A stretch of DNA of 64,000 bases from an uncultured delta proteobacterium (GCA_963848295.1 CAWKDB010000009.1:16682-80681); one strand, 5' to 3'; positions 1 through 13,008 are shown, counted from the stretch's first letter. The notes: a model not told the origin generated them from the letters alone. Program-made: numbers and translations.

Positions 1-1136
1 GTCTCGATCTCGGTCGTGTCGCCGTGCGCGACGAGCTGGCTCGCGCGTGAACGTCGTCGGAGCGTCGGCGCGGTCTCGTGGTCGACCACCGCCGAGGCGG
101 CCCAGCGCCAGTCCTTCGTGATCGGGTCGCGTCGCGAGCAGCATGCCGCCGGCGCGCGTCGCGGTCAGGTTCTCGAAGAGCGTCGGCTCGTCGAACGATC
201 GGATCCGTGAACGAGCGCGTGCGCCGGTCAGATGGTGGAACCCAGCCCTCGGCCTGGAGCTGAGCTTGCCGATCCGTCGTCGAGCTTCGCCGAGATCCGC
301 TGGCTGGTCTCGCGATCGCGTCGAGCGTGAGATCGAGTGGCATGTCGCCCGGGTGCCTGCGAGGTAGTGGCGATCGTCGAGGAAGCCATCGACGACGACG
401 CGGCGATCGCCGTCGCGATACTCGAAGCGCGCCGCGCCGGTGCTCGGTGGCGATCCTCGCTGATGCTCTGCATGCCATCGGAATGGTGTAGTCGTGGCCG
501 CCCATGAGCCCCGATGCGCTCAGCCGCAGCGCGAGTGTGCTTCGTGAGCGCGCGCGCGCGCCGATGCCGGTCATGCCGGAAGCTCGGCAGCGTGTCGCTC
601 GTCACGCGCGCGATCACGATCTGCGGGCCGACCGCGTCGCGCGTCAGGACCTCGATGACGCCGCCCGAGCCGTTGGGGCCGTCGATCGGCGACTGCGGCG
701 TGGTCGACGACGCGGATCTGGACGATGTCGGTGATCGGGATCGTCGAGACGTCGAACGTGCCGAGTACGGGTCGGTGATCGGGACGCCGTCGATCAGGAT
801 CGCGACCTCGCCCTTGCGGCCGCCGCGGATGTCGATGTTGAAGCCGCCGCGGCCGGCGTCGCGCACGGTGACGTCGGGAAGCAGCGCGAGCGCAGTCGCG
901 AGATCGACGGCGCCGCGCGCCGCGAGCTGCTCGCCGGTCAGCCGGACCTCGGTGTCGCGATCGAACGGCTTGTCGGGCCGCTCGTCGATAGATCTCGACG
1001 GTCTCCGCGAGAGACTGCTCGAGCAGCTGCTGGTCGGTGAGCCGCCCGGGGCCACGGCGACGCGTCTGCCTGCGGAGTCGGCCACGGATCGGCCGGGCTG
1101 TCGCGCTGGCGAGGAGATGCGAGCGCGGCTTCGCAT
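1..1136 (-). CDS. TonB-dependent receptor, N-terminal/plug region (frameshifted, runs off the window start)
   Basis: Plug motifs across frames: LAARGAVDLATALALLPDVTV...FNIDIRGG...VAILIDGVPITDPY / FDVSTIPITDIVQIRV / GSGGVIEVLT. The ATG at 1136 overlaps the upstream stop (TGATG). Confidence 0.85.
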
Positions 1137-1776
1137 CAGAGATCGCCGACCGTGCGTACACAACCCCCGGCACCGCCGCCGCCGCCGCCACCGCCGCCGC
1201 CGCCCGTGCCGCCGACGTTGTTACGACCAGGCCCGAAATCGCCTCGTGCGCGAGCGACGAGCCACAGCCGCTGGCGACGGGCGCGTTCGTCGCGTCGACC
1301 TGCTCGAAGACGGCGTTGGTGATGTCGCCGTAACACCGCGGTCGGCATGTCGCCGAACGAGTGGACATTCACGGTGCCCGCGGTCGCGAAATACAGCTCC
1401 TGATCCGTCGCGCCGTGATGGCCGACCGCACGGACGCAGAGGCCGCACTTGGCCGGGTCGGCATCGTCGCCGGTGATCGTGAACGTGCCGGTGTGGACGT
1501 CGCCGCCTGCGAACGCGCCGTGGTTCGGCCACAGCTCGAGCTGCACGATATCCATCGGACCACTCGGCATGATCCGAGTCGCCGCCACCAGTGCGGCCGC
1601 CCATCGAGCCGTTGACGTTGCAACGCTCGGCGGCGAGCGCCGTCAGGCTGCCAGCGTCGGCCTTGCTCGTCGGCAGCGCGCATCGCGACCGCCGCGCCGT
1701 CGGCCGTGTTCATCTCGTTGGTCGTCGCGCCGCCACCACAGGCGGCCAGGAGGGAAGCGAGGAGAATCACGCGCAT
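1136..1776 (-). CDS. Lipoprotein with CxxC motif and poly-Gly C-terminal tail (paralog A; frameshifted)
   Basis: Lipobox MRVILLASLLAAC, core DIVQLELW...HTGTFTITG...KCGLCVRAVG, tail GGGGGGGGGAGGCVRTVGDL. Joined across frames. Confidence 0.7.
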
Positions 1777-1790
1777 GGCGGGGGTGGGGA

Positions 1791-1804
1791 GCAAGCAGCG
1801 TGCC
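1791..1804 (-). promoter_or_regulatory. Sigma-54 -24/-12 promoter for lipoprotein A / TonB receptor
   Basis: Minus strand GGCACGCTGCTTGC is GG-N10-GC and matches the TGGCACG-N4-TTGC consensus. It lies ~15 nt upstream of the ATG. Confidence 0.65.
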
Positions 1805-1978
1805 CCCCGTAACCCCTCTGGTTGCGATGACAGGCCCATGACATCGCTCGGGTTCCCGGGGAGCGAGCCCCCCAATGATCGGCGCATCTTCCCCAGCAGA
1901 GTAACGCGATCGGGCCCCGCTCGCGGCGATGTCTCGGGGTGTAACTCGGATCCGGTCGATTGCGCGATCGGCGGTCGC

Positions 1979-1992
1979 GGTACGCGCCTTGC
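1979..1992 (+). promoter_or_regulatory. Sigma-54 -24/-12 promoter for lipoprotein B
   Basis: GGTACGCGCCTTGC is GG-N10-GC, ~15 nt upstream of the ATG at 2007. Confidence 0.6.
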
Positions 1993-2006
1993 TCGCTGCC
2001 GCCGAC

Positions 2007-2722
<716 letters not shown>

Positions 2723-2806
2723 AGATCGCCTGGCTCGATCAGAGGCCGCCCGCGCTTGACCGTTCCGGCCCTCTCTGTCGACGATACGCGCGGGGGTATC
2801 CAGACC

Positions 2807-3203
2807 ATGCGCCACGACGACGAGATCGAGTCCGAAGAGTCCGAAGAGCACGACGAGAGCAACGGCCACGACCACGCCCACGTTCACGATGACAACACCG
2901 CCGTCATCGCGAACCAGGAGACGATCATCGCCAACCAGAAGGCGATCCTGGCCAACCAGAAGAAGCTCGAGGGCAACCAGAAGAAGCTGGATGCGATCCT
3001 CGCGAACCAGAAGAAGCTCGAGGGGAACCAGAAGAAGCTCGACGCGATCCTCTCCAACCAGAAGACGATCATCGCGAACCAGAAGAAGATCGACGGTGCG
3101 AACCAGAAGAAGCTGGATCGCGATGATCTCGAACCAGGCGAAGATCGAGGCGAACCAGAAGACGATCCTCGCGAACCAGAAGAAGATCCTCGCGAAGAAG
3201 TAA
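2807..3203 (+). CDS. Small His/acidic-headed coiled-coil protein with (I/L)xxNQ heptad repeats (frameshifted)
   Basis: MRHDDEIESEESEEHDESNGHDHAHVHDD followed by about 12 repeats such as ILANQKK/LEGNQKK, ending ILAKK-stop. Confidence 0.75.
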
Positions 3204-3210
3204 GCCGGCG

Positions 3211-3671
3211 ATGTGTCATCGCCGACTGCTCCACGACGTCCTCGACGCGCGCGCGCTGGCGGCGTGCACGCTGTTCGAGGGTCTCGCGCCGGCGCCGTGT
3301 TGATCCGGCTCGCCGAGCGCGCCGACGGTGCGCGAGCTCGAGAGCGGCGAGCGCCGCACGACCGAGGACGATGGTGTGGGTCGATCGCCGCGGGGCGCTC
3401 GCGGTCGTCGCGCGACCGGGGACGGCGTCGATGCCACGGCGAGCGTGATGCGGCGCACCGGCGGCACGGCCGGGCCGGCCGCGCGCTCGGCGTCGATCCG
3501 CGGATCGCGCGGGCCGACGCGGCCGGTCGTCGGCGGTCGCGGAGCGCAGCCGGCGCGCTCGTCGGCCTCGGGGATCGACGACGTGCGCGACGTGCTCGAG
3601 GAGGACCCGGCGGCGCTGGCGGCGCTCGCGGACCGCGCTGGCGCGAGCTGCTGCTCGAGGCGCGCCATGAA
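3211..3671 (+). CDS. Possible small degenerate cyclic-nucleotide-binding protein (heavily frameshifted)
   Basis: C-terminal GIDDVRDVLEEDPAALAALAD resembles the cNMP-domain hinge helix, and it sits next to a cNMP-domain transporter gene. Boundaries are approximate. Confidence 0.3.
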
Positions 3672-6598
3672 CCGGCGCGCGTTCGCGCTCGGCGTCGCGC
3701 ATGGTGCTGCTCGGCAGCGTCGTCGCGGTCGCGCTGAAGACGCTTCGCCGAGGCCGAGTTCCTCGCGGCGTACGGCCGCGCGCAGATGCCGTGGTTGTTG
3801 ATCGCGAACGCCGGCGGGTTCGCCGCGGCGACCTCGGCTACGACGCGCTCACGCGCGGCGCGCCGCGGCGCGGTCGTCGATCTCGGCTTGCTCGCGCATG
3901 CTCGGCGCGCCGCGGCGAGCGCGCCGGCGCTGCTCGCCGCGCGGCGCGCGCGCCGGCCGTGCTCGTGGTCGCGCTCGCGGCGGCGTCGCAGGTCGCCGGG
4001 CTCGCGCTGTGGAACCGCGTCGCGGCCTCGGTCGCCGGGCGCGACGCGCGACGCATGCTGCCGCGCGCGGGCGCGGCGGCGACGGCGGGCGGCGGCGATC
4101 GCGGGCTCGGCGCCGGCGTGCTGATTCCGCGGCTCGGCCTCGCCGTCATCCCGTACGCGGCGCCGGCGTCGCGCCGATCGCTGATCGCGTCTCGCGTCGC
4201 GCAGGACCGCGCGCTCGGCGACGCGGCGGCGCGCCGCGGTCAGGCGGCTGCGCCGCGGGCGCGTGGCGGCGAGGCCGCGCCGATGTCGCCGCTGCACCGG
4301 CGCTCCTGCGCGGCGTTGTTCGCGGTCGCCGTGCTCGAAGGCGGTGGTGTCGACGGTCGATCGACCTCCAGTTCACCGCGGCGCTCAAGGCGCGGTACCA
4401 CGGCGCGTCGCGTCGCCGGTCGCGCTCGCGCTGTTCTACGGCGGGCACGAACGCGATCGTGTTCGCGCCTCCAGGTCGCCGCGGTGCCGCGCCTGCTCGT
4501 GACGCGCAGCCTGCCGTTCACGGCGGCGATCCACCCGTCGTCGTGATGCGCGGCGTACGGCGGCGTTCGCCGCGGCGCCCGGGTTCGCGCTGATCGCGCG
4601 GCACGCGCACCGCGGATCAGGTGCTGCGCGTGGCGACCTCGCGCGCGGCGCAGGAGCTCGCGCTGTCGGCGCTGCCGCCGGCGCCCCGCGCGCGCTGGAA
4701 GGTGCTGCTGCGCGGCGTCGCGTGGCCGGTCGGCGCGGTCGTCGCGGCCGCGTACGTGCTGCTCGCGCTCGGCGCCGGCCGCGCTCGCGGCGCCGTCGCG
4801 CTCGCGGGCATCGCGATCGCGATCGTCGCGCCGTGGAGGATCGCGCGCGCGCGTCGCGGCGCGTCGCTTCCAGCCCGCGCTCGCCGCGCCGCTCGGCATC
4901 CGCGCGGCGGCGAAGCGCGCGCGATCCGCGGCGCATCGATCTCGCGACGCTCGAGCGCTGGACCGAGGCGGCGGGCGGCGACGAGGAGGCTGGCCGCGCT
5001 GGCGCCGCGCCGCGCTGCGCCCGCGCGCGCGTCGACGCCGGCGATCTCGCGGATCACCTCCGCCACGACGATCGCGGCGGTGCGCGCCGCGATGTTCGAT
5101 CAGCTCGCGCGCGCGCCCGGCGCCGGCGCTGCGCCGCGAGCTGCGCGCCGCGCGTCGCGATCGAGGACGACGATCGCGCGCTCGCGCTGGCGATCGCCGC
5201 GCTCGCGCTCGCCGGCGACGATCGCCGCGCTCGCGCGCGGCCGAGTCGCGCGCCGGGCTGTCGCGCGAGGTCGACGACGCGGTCGCCGCCGCGCACGCTC
5301 GATGCTCGGCGGGAGGGCGACGTCGCGGCGCGCTGGCGCGCGCTGTGCGCGCGCGATCCGGCGTGGCGCGCGGCGCTGCTGCCGCGACGCGTCGCGCGAT
5401 CGCCGATCTCGCCCGCCGAGCTCGCGCGGCCCGCCGGCGACGCCGGCCACGCCTGCCGGCACGCGCTGATCGCGTCGTCGCGTCGGCACCGGCGAGCGCG
5501 CTCGTCAGTCCTCGCCGATGCGCTCGCCGCCGGCGAGCCCGCCGCGACCGCGGCGATCGCCGACGCTCGACGCGACCGGCGCGGCGCGCTCGCCGCCCAG
5601 CGTCGCCCGCGCTGTCGCGCGCGCGCGCGCGCCGCGATCGCGCGCGCGCGCTCCGGCGCGCCGGCTGCGCGGCGCGCTCGTCGGGGCGCTGCTCGCCGAT
5701 CGCGATCCGAGGTCGCGCACGCGGCGCTGCGCAGCGCGCTCGCGATCGCGCGCGGCGGCGGCGAGTGCCGGCGCGCGCCATCGCGGCCGCCGCACGAGGC
5801 CGCGCTCGCGGCGCTGGTCGCGCACCTCGACGCGCGCGATGCGGCCGCGGGCTGGTCGGCCGTACGCGCGCACCGAGCTCGACGATCGCGACCGCGGCGC
5901 TGCGTCGCGCGGCTGCTGTGGGCCGGCGCGGTCGACGCCGCCGCGGCGGGCCGCGACCCGGCGCCGCTCGCCGCGACCGCGCGCCACCTGCCGGCGGACG
6001 CGAGGCCGACCGCCGGCGCGCGCTCGATGTCGTCCAGGAGCTGCAGGCCGGCCGCGCCGAGATCCTCGTCGGTGCTCGAGCGCTGGACATGCCGCCGCCC
6101 CCGCCGCGACCGGCGGCGAGGCCACCGCGCTCGCGACCTGCACGATCCGTGGCTCGCGCGGCTCGGCGCCGGCGCGCTCGTCGAGTCGCGAGCCCACGCT
6201 CGCCCTGCTCCGCCGCGCGTCGCTGTTCGCGGCGATCGCGGCGCCCGCGCTCGTCGAGCTCGCCGATCGCGCCGAGCGGCGCGTGATCACCGGCACCCTG
6301 TTCGAGCGCGGCGCGGTGGGCGATGCGATGTACGTCGTCGCCTCCGGCGCCCTGCTCGCGCGCCGCGCGCCGGACGCCGACCCGCGCCGCGTCGAGCTCG
6401 GGGGCGTCGATCGGCGAGCTCGCGGTGCTCACCCGCGCGCCGCGCGCCGCGACCGTCGTCGCCGACGGCGAGGCCGAGGTGCTGGTCATCGATCGCGCGA
6501 GCTTCGGCGTCGCCGCGCGCCGCGCCCCCGAGCTCGTCCTCGGCCTCTCGGCCACCCTCGCCGGCTGGATCGCGCCGGATCGTCCGGATCTGCTCTAG
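3668..6598 (+). CDS. NTT/TLC (Npt1-like) MFS-type transporter fused to HEAT-like repeats and a C-terminal cNMP-binding domain (many frameshifts)
   Basis: N-terminal KTLAEAEFLAAYGRAQMPWLLIA and several TM segments, an Ala-rich helical middle, and C-terminal LFERGAVGDAMYVVASG...IGELAVLTRAPRAATVVA...LVIDRASF. Confidence 0.6.
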
Positions 6599-6693
6599 GT
6601 TCACGAGGGAAGCGCGCAGGCGCGTTCCCCGAGGGACGTCCGAGCCACCGCCGCGCCGGCGGCGACGCGACCGGGCGACGAAGTCGCCGCGGC

Positions 6694-9015
6694 TCAGAAC
6701 TGGAAGTAGATGAACGGCACGATCTTCGTGTGCGAGAGCTCGCGCAGGACGAGCGCCGCGGCGCAGCAGCGACGCGCCCTGCGCCGGCGCGGGGAGCGCG
6801 CACGAACCGCATCGCGCAGCCAGCGGAAGCTGCCGTCGGCGAAGAAGTGGCAGAGGAAGCCGGCCACGAGCGCGAGCGTACAGCATCGGGATCGACGTTC
6901 GCGTGATCGGTCTCGAGCGCGCGCGAGCTGGCGGAGCACGCCGAGCGCGGCGTCGAACGTCGGCGCGCGGAAGAAGATCCACGCGAGGCACACGTAGTGG
7001 AACACCAGCACGACCGCGAGCGCGCGCCGCAGGTAGCCGCCGAGCTTCGCGAGCGTCGCGTCCACGCCGCGCTCCACGACGTCCGCGGCGATCGCGAAGC
7101 CCCACACGGCGACGATCAGCGGCAGCCACGTCCACGACTCCCCGTAGCCGAGCGCCGCCACGAAGCCGATCGCCGGTCGCGCACATCGCGAGCCGCAGCA
7201 GCCGGGCGTCCAGCGCGCGGGCTCGCGCACCGGCTCGTCGGCGAGCGCCGCGCTGCGCCGGAACAGCGTGCGCCACGGGCCGCCCTCGTCGGCCTCGAGG
7301 TGCGGCGACGCCACCGGCGCGTCCAGCACGTCGGCGCCGAGCCACGCGGTCAGCGCGGCCCACAGCGGCGTCAGGTAGAGCCACGCCGCCACGAGCTGCC
7401 ACCACACGCCGGCGGCGTGCAGCAGGAGCCGCTGCAGCACGAAGCCGATCACCGCGACGCCGCACAGCCGCGCGACGATGCGCGGGCCGGCCTCGGATCG
7501 CGCGCCGTGCTGCGCTGGAAGTAGCGCGTGACCGCGAGCCCGAAGCCGTGCAGCGCGCCCCACACGATGAACGCCCAGCTCGCGCCGTGCCACAGCCCGC
7601 CGAGCAGCATCGTCAGCGATCAGGTTCACGTACGTGCGCCACTCGGCGCGCCGCGGTTGCCGCCGAGCGTGATGTAGAGGTAGTCGCGCAGCCAGGTCGA
7701 CAGCGAGATGTGCCAGCGCCGCCAGAACTCCTGGAGGTTCGCCGCTGCGATACGGCGTGCGGAAGTTCTCCGGGCAGCTCGAAGCCGAGCACCTGCGCCG
7801 AGCCGATCGCGATGTCGGAGTACGCGGAGAAGTCGAGGTAGATCTGCAGCGCGTAGCCGTACACGCCGGCGAGCACCTCGACCGCCGAGAACCGCTCGGC
7901 GCTCTCGAACACGCGGTCGACGATCGACAGCGCGAGCGTGTCGGCGAGCGCGATCTTCTTGAACAGCCCGACGACGATCCGGAACAGCGCCGCGCGTCGC
8001 GGCCTCGAGCTCGAGCGCCGGCAGGGCGTCGAGCTGCGGCAGCAGATCCTGCGCGCGCACGATCGGGCCGGCGACGAGCTGCGGGAAGAACAGCACGAAC
8101 GTCGCGAACTGGACGACCGAGCGCGGTCGCGCTGCAGCTGCCGGCGATAGACGTCGATCGTGTACGACAGCGACTGGAACGTGTGGAACGAGATGCCGGC
8201 CGGCAGGATCAGGTTCAGCCGCCGCACCGGCAGGTGCAGCACGTCCTGCGTGAAGAAGTCGGCGTACTTGAAGAAGACCAGGATGCCGAGGTTCGAGCAC
8301 AGGCTCACGATCACGAGCGCCTTGCGCCGCGCACGGGTCCTCGGTGCGCTCGATCCAGAGCGCCGAGGTAGTAATCGAGGACGATCGTCCCGAGCAGCAG
8401 CGCGAGCAGGTAGCGATACGGCCCCGGCATCGCCGCCGCCCACGCCTGATAGAACAGGCTCGACGCGACGAACAGCACGATCACGCGGCCGAGCGCGCGC
8501 GTCTGCGTCCGCGCTCGGCGGCGCCGAGCCCGACGCCGAGCACGAGCAGCACGAGCAGGTGCGCCGTAGCGCGCGATCTGCGCCGTCATCGCGGTCGAGC
8601 GTGCCCGCGCTCTCGCCGATCGCGACCGTCGCGCCGACGAGCGGCGAGCACCGCGACGAGCCCGCGCGCGATCGAGCGCTGCCCGCGCGCCGACGCGATC
8701 CACGCGCCGCGCGCCGGCCGAGCCACATCGCGCCGCCGAGCACGGCGAGCCCGATCGGCCACTCGCCACGGCGAGCCGGCGAGCGGCCGGTCGCACTGCG
8801 CGTCGTAGCCCGCCGCGACACCGCGCAGGAGCATGCCGCCGAGCGGATCCCACAGCGCGTCGGGATCCTTCGCGACCAGCACGAACACGAGGTCGCCGAG
8901 CGACGACCATGAGCGCGACGCGCGCGCCCACCGCGGCGCGCTCCACCGCGACGAGCGCGTAGAGGAAGAATACCGCGATCAGGAAGAGCGGATAGTCGGG
9001 ACTCGAGAACAGCAT
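6694..9015 (-). CDS. MBOAT family O-acyltransferase (AlgI/PatA-like; frameshifted)
   Basis: [92 protein letters not shown]-terminal PFIYFQF. Confidence 0.92.
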
Positions 9016-9018
9016 CGG

Positions 9019-10512
9019 CTACGTGCGCCCGACCGGGCCCGGCAGCGGCGGCGTCGCCATCGCGTGCGCTGCGGCGGCGCAGCCGGCGACCGGCCGCGAC
9101 GGCGGCAGGTGCTGCGCCGCGCGCCAGCGGTCGTAGCTCGCGAGCAGCGCGCCCGACAGCGCGTCGGCCCAGCACTGGTAGCCGAGGTCGGTGAAGTGAA
9201 CGTGATCCTTGTACGCGATCCTGCGGCTCGTGCGTCGACCCACGCGTGCCATCTGGTCGGCGCCGCCCATCGCCGCGAACGTGTCGAAGAACGCGACGTG
9301 GTTGCGGATCGCCGCCGCGTGCTCGACCGCGATGATCTCGCCGAGCACGATCGGGCGTGCGCCACTCGCACTCCGGGATCACGCCGAGCGTCGGGCTTCG
9401 CGCTTCGCGTGGTCGCACGCGCGTGCCGCCCTCGCGCATGCCCATGTCGCGGCGGCCCGAGGATCAGGATCGACGCGGTCGGCGCCGCCGCGCGGATCCG
9501 CAGGATCGTCTCGTCGTAGTAGTGCGCGAGCGCGTCGAGATCGAGATCCGGGTCGTCGGCCTCGTTCGTGCCGTACTGGAGCACGACGAGCCGCGGATCG
9601 CGCGTCGCGAGCTGCTCGCCGATGATCGACCAGTCCCACGAGCGCAGGCTGCCGAGCCGCCGCCCGACGACGCCGAGCGAGTCGACGATCACGCCGGGCC
9701 GCAGCCGCTCCATCACGACGCCGAACAGGTCGAGCACGCCGCCGCCGCCGTGCTCGAGCGTCAGCTTGTGCGGGCCGTCGGCGACCGGCACGACCTGGCG
9801 CGCCGGGTGCGGCGGCTCGATCGGCGGCGGTCTTCGTCGACGAGCTGCTGCCACGGCCGTCGTCGACCGCGATAGCGCAGGACGCCGTGATCGGGCGCCG
9901 CGTAGTAGAGGATCTCGAACTGCCCGACGCCGTGCCGGCCGGGCAGTCGGCGCACGTCTCGACCCACAGCTGCGCGCCCTTCTGCGTGCCCGGTCACCCG
10001 CATGCCGACGATGCCGAACGGCTCGCTGTCGCCGCGCTGCGCCGCCGACCGCGCGCGTGCCACGCGCCGCGTCGTGCCGTAGTGCACGTCGCGCTGGTAG
10101 TAGTGCCGCGTCGGCGGATCGGCCGGCGCGCGACGAGCCCGCGCCCGGCGTCGCCGAACCGCGTCTGCAGCGTCGACGCGCATCCGCGAGGTCATCGAGT
10201 CGCCGGCGGTGTGCGAGTCGCCGAAGAACAGCAGCGAGCGCGCGGCCGCTCGGCATCCGCCGCGCTCGGCGGCGGCGAGCCCGGCGAACACGCCGTCGAG
10301 CGTGCCCGGCGGCGCGTCGAGGAAGCCGCCGCATCGTCGGCGCGGCCCGGCGTCTCGTGCGACGCGCCGCCCTCGGCGGTCGCACCGGCATCGCGTCGAT
10401 CGGCGCGAGCGGCGGCGGCGCTGCGGCTCGACCGTGCGCGCCGCCGCGATCGCACCTCGCAGCACGCCGCAGCCGAGCGCGCAGCGCGGCAGCCGCTGAC
10501 CGCGCGACTCAC
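9019..10512 (-). CDS. SGNH/GDSL hydrolase-fold protein (periplasmic O-acetyltransferase/esterase; frameshifted)
   Basis: FFGDSHTAGD block I, LVVLQYGTNE block III, DHVHFTDLGY block V. Confidence 0.8.
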
Positions 10513-11882
10513 GTGCAGCCGCATACGCTTGGCGCCTGCCATCAGCGCGTCGAACACCGCGTCGGCCATCTGGTTCGCGCCGCGCTTCGACAGGTGCTGG
10601 AAGTCGCTGCCGATCGAGGCCGCGCGCGAACCACTTCGCCGCCGAGCCCTTGCCGCCCATCCAGTCGTACGTCGAGAAGAACGCGCAGCCCTGCGGCGTG
10701 CGCCGCCTTGCGCTGCGCCGTCGACGAGCACCGGCATCACCGGGCGCGACGGATACTCGCCGTCCTTCGCCTCGGCCTGATCGGTCGGCGACACGACGAG
10801 GCACGACGCCCTCGGGCCGCGCCTTGCGCATCGGCGCGAGCACCTTCTCGTAGTGCGACTGGTAGAGCTTGGTGTCCTGCATCGCCGGGGCCGAGCCACT
10901 GCGCCTCGTTCGCGCCGATCATGATCATCACGAGGTCGGCGCCGCGGTGCGCGAGCTCCTCGGTCCAGTGCGCCTGGTCGTTGTTCGCCCAGCTCTTCAC
11001 GTTCACGCTGACGACGCCGAGGTTGTCGACGACCGCGCCGCGCGTCGTTCTCGAGGTCGATGCCGAACATCCGCGCGCGGCCCTCGGTCGTGATCTCGAG
11101 CTTCTTCGCGCCGTCCGTCACGGTCGCGGCGGCGTACCCCGGCGCCTTCGCGTCGGCGCGCGTGTCGGCGCGCAGCACCTCGGTGCCGTCCGCGGCCACG
11201 ATCGCGCGTGCCGCCCTTGGGCTGCGCGAGGTAGTAGAGCTCGAGGCGTCGTCGCGGTGCCGGACGACGAGCTTGATCGTGGCCTCGCCGTCGGAGGTCT
11301 CCGTGGTCGAGCCGCCGACGCCGTACAGGCCGTCCGCGACCTGGATCGTCGAGATCGCGTGCGTCGCCCAGTCGCCGGAGTGCGACCGCGTGATCGCCTC
11401 GTGGCCGTTGAAGCGGTGCGGCGTCGACGACGAAGACGAAGCCGGGCCCGCCGTCGCCGAGCTCGGCCTGCAGCTTGCTCGCGCAGCCGGCCGGGGATCG
11501 CGTCGTTCGCGATCACCGAGTCGCCGTACCACGACGCGCGCAGCGCGCGACCGAGCTTGCCGGCGCGCGCCGCCGCGAGCGCGCGATAGAAGCCATCCAT
11601 CGCCCAGCGCTTGCAGTCGGTGTTCGTGCCGTCGAGGCAGGTGTCCTCGAGGAGGCCCTTGCTGCGATCGGGGCCGGGCGCCACGATCGGCACCGCGGAC
11701 CTGTCGGGCTCGGCGGCGTGGTCCGCCCCGCGATCGGCGGTGATGATCGGCTTCGCGGCGAACCCCGCGGCGGGAGCGGCGACCGGTGTGCGCTTCGCCA
11801 CCAGGCGATCCGCGATCGCCTGGGGCCCGCCGTCGATCACGCAGACCGCGGCGATCAGCAGCACGCAGAACCACAGGATCAT
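10509..11882 (-). CDS. Second SGNH/GDSL hydrolase-fold protein (frameshifted)
   Basis: N-terminal TM anchor, WYGDSVIAND, MIMIGANE, SDFQHLSKRG. Confidence 0.8.
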
Positions 11883-12011
11883 GGGCGCGATCGTCCAGCT
11901 CCGGTCCGCACCCGACATCTGGTCGAAGGTATGCGATGCATCGTCGGAGTCAAGTTGGCGCCGGAGCTGCGAGCAGTCTGCGAGATCGACGGCGTGCTAG
12001 AGTGAGGGCTC

Positions 12012-12992
12012 GTGAGAGTTCGAGCTGTCGTGGTGGCGCTCGCGATCGCCGGCTGCGCTCCGCCGCCGCCGGAGCCGGCGTTCGTCACGCCACCGCCGCA
12101 GGACCCGCCGGTCACGGACCCGGTCGTCGCGCAGCCGGTGGCCGCGCCCGATCCGGGCTCGGTCGGCCAGGTCGTCGACCACGCGGTCGACTTCAAGTTC
12201 CAGGGCGGTCAGATCGAGTTCGACCTGCGCCAGGACGGCGATCGCGTCGTCCAGGTCGCGCGCAACCGCTACATGGTCCCGGTGATGATCCACTGGGAGA
12301 TCTCGACGCTCGCCAACCTCGAGCCGACGAGCGCGATGTCGGGCGCGACGCTGCTCCCCGCCGCCGCGAAGCCGCAGGCCGCCGGTGCCGCGGTCGAGCT
12401 CGCCCAGCTGCGCATCCTCGACGGCCGCAAGAACTTCCACCGCGAGCTCGCGTTCCGCGCGCGGTTCGGCGATCCGCGCGCCCAGCCCGCCGACTACGCG
12501 TACGGCATCCCGTACCTGCGCGGCCTCATGTACTCCGTGCTGCAGGGCTTCCACGGCGCGTTCTCGCACAAGGGCTCCAACGAGTACGCGGTCGACTTCG
12601 ACTGCCCGGTCGCGACCCGGGTCCTCGCGGCGCGCGACGGCGTGATCGTGGCCACGAACGATGCCGCGCAGGGCTCGGGCACGTCGCCCGAGTTCCTCGA
12701 GTACAAGCGCGTGAACTTCGTCCTCGTGATGCACGACGACGGCACGATCGGCGAGTACCTCCACCTCTCGCCGAGCGGCGTGGTCGTCAAGCCGGGCCAG
12801 CACGTGCGGCGCGGCCAGGAGCTCGCGCTGTCGGGCTTCACCGGGTACTCGTCGACGCCGCACCTGCACTTCCAGGTCATGACGGCCGCCACCGACGGCA
12901 TCGCCGCGCACTCGTTCCCGTGGCGCCTCGCCGTCGCGCCCGATCGCACCGAGGCGCCGGTCCAGGGGCGCGCGTATCTGTCGTGGGAATGA
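12012..12992 (+). CDS. M23 family metallopeptidase lipoprotein
   Basis: Lipobox LAIAGC, SHKGSNEYAVDF (HxxxD variant), VLAARDGVIV, YLHL, GFTGYSSTPHLHF (HxH). Confidence 0.9.
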   Translation: MRVRAVVVALAIAGCAPPPPEPAFVTPPPQDPPVTDPVVAQPVAAPDPGSVGQVVDHAVDFKFQGGQIEFDLRQDGDRVVQVARNRYMVPVMIHWEISTLANLEPTSAMSGATLLPAAAKPQAAGAAVELAQLRILDGRKNFHRELAFRARFGDPRAQPADYAYGIPYLRGLMYSVLQGFHGAFSHKGSNEYAVDFDCPVATRVLAARDGVIVATNDAAQGSGTSPEFLEYKRVNFVLVMHDDGTIGEYLHLSPSGVVVKPGQHVRRGQELALSGFTGYSSTPHLHFQVMTAATDGIAAHSFPWRLAVAPDRTEAPVQGRAYLSWE

Positions 12993-13008
12993 CGTAAGCT
13001 CGACGGGC

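Noticed and set aside
2900..3200. Repeated GCGAACCAGAAGAAG units as a CRISPR array
   Set aside because: The period is 21 or 30 bp, there are no unique spacers, variation is synonymous and no cas genes are present. It is a coding repeat.
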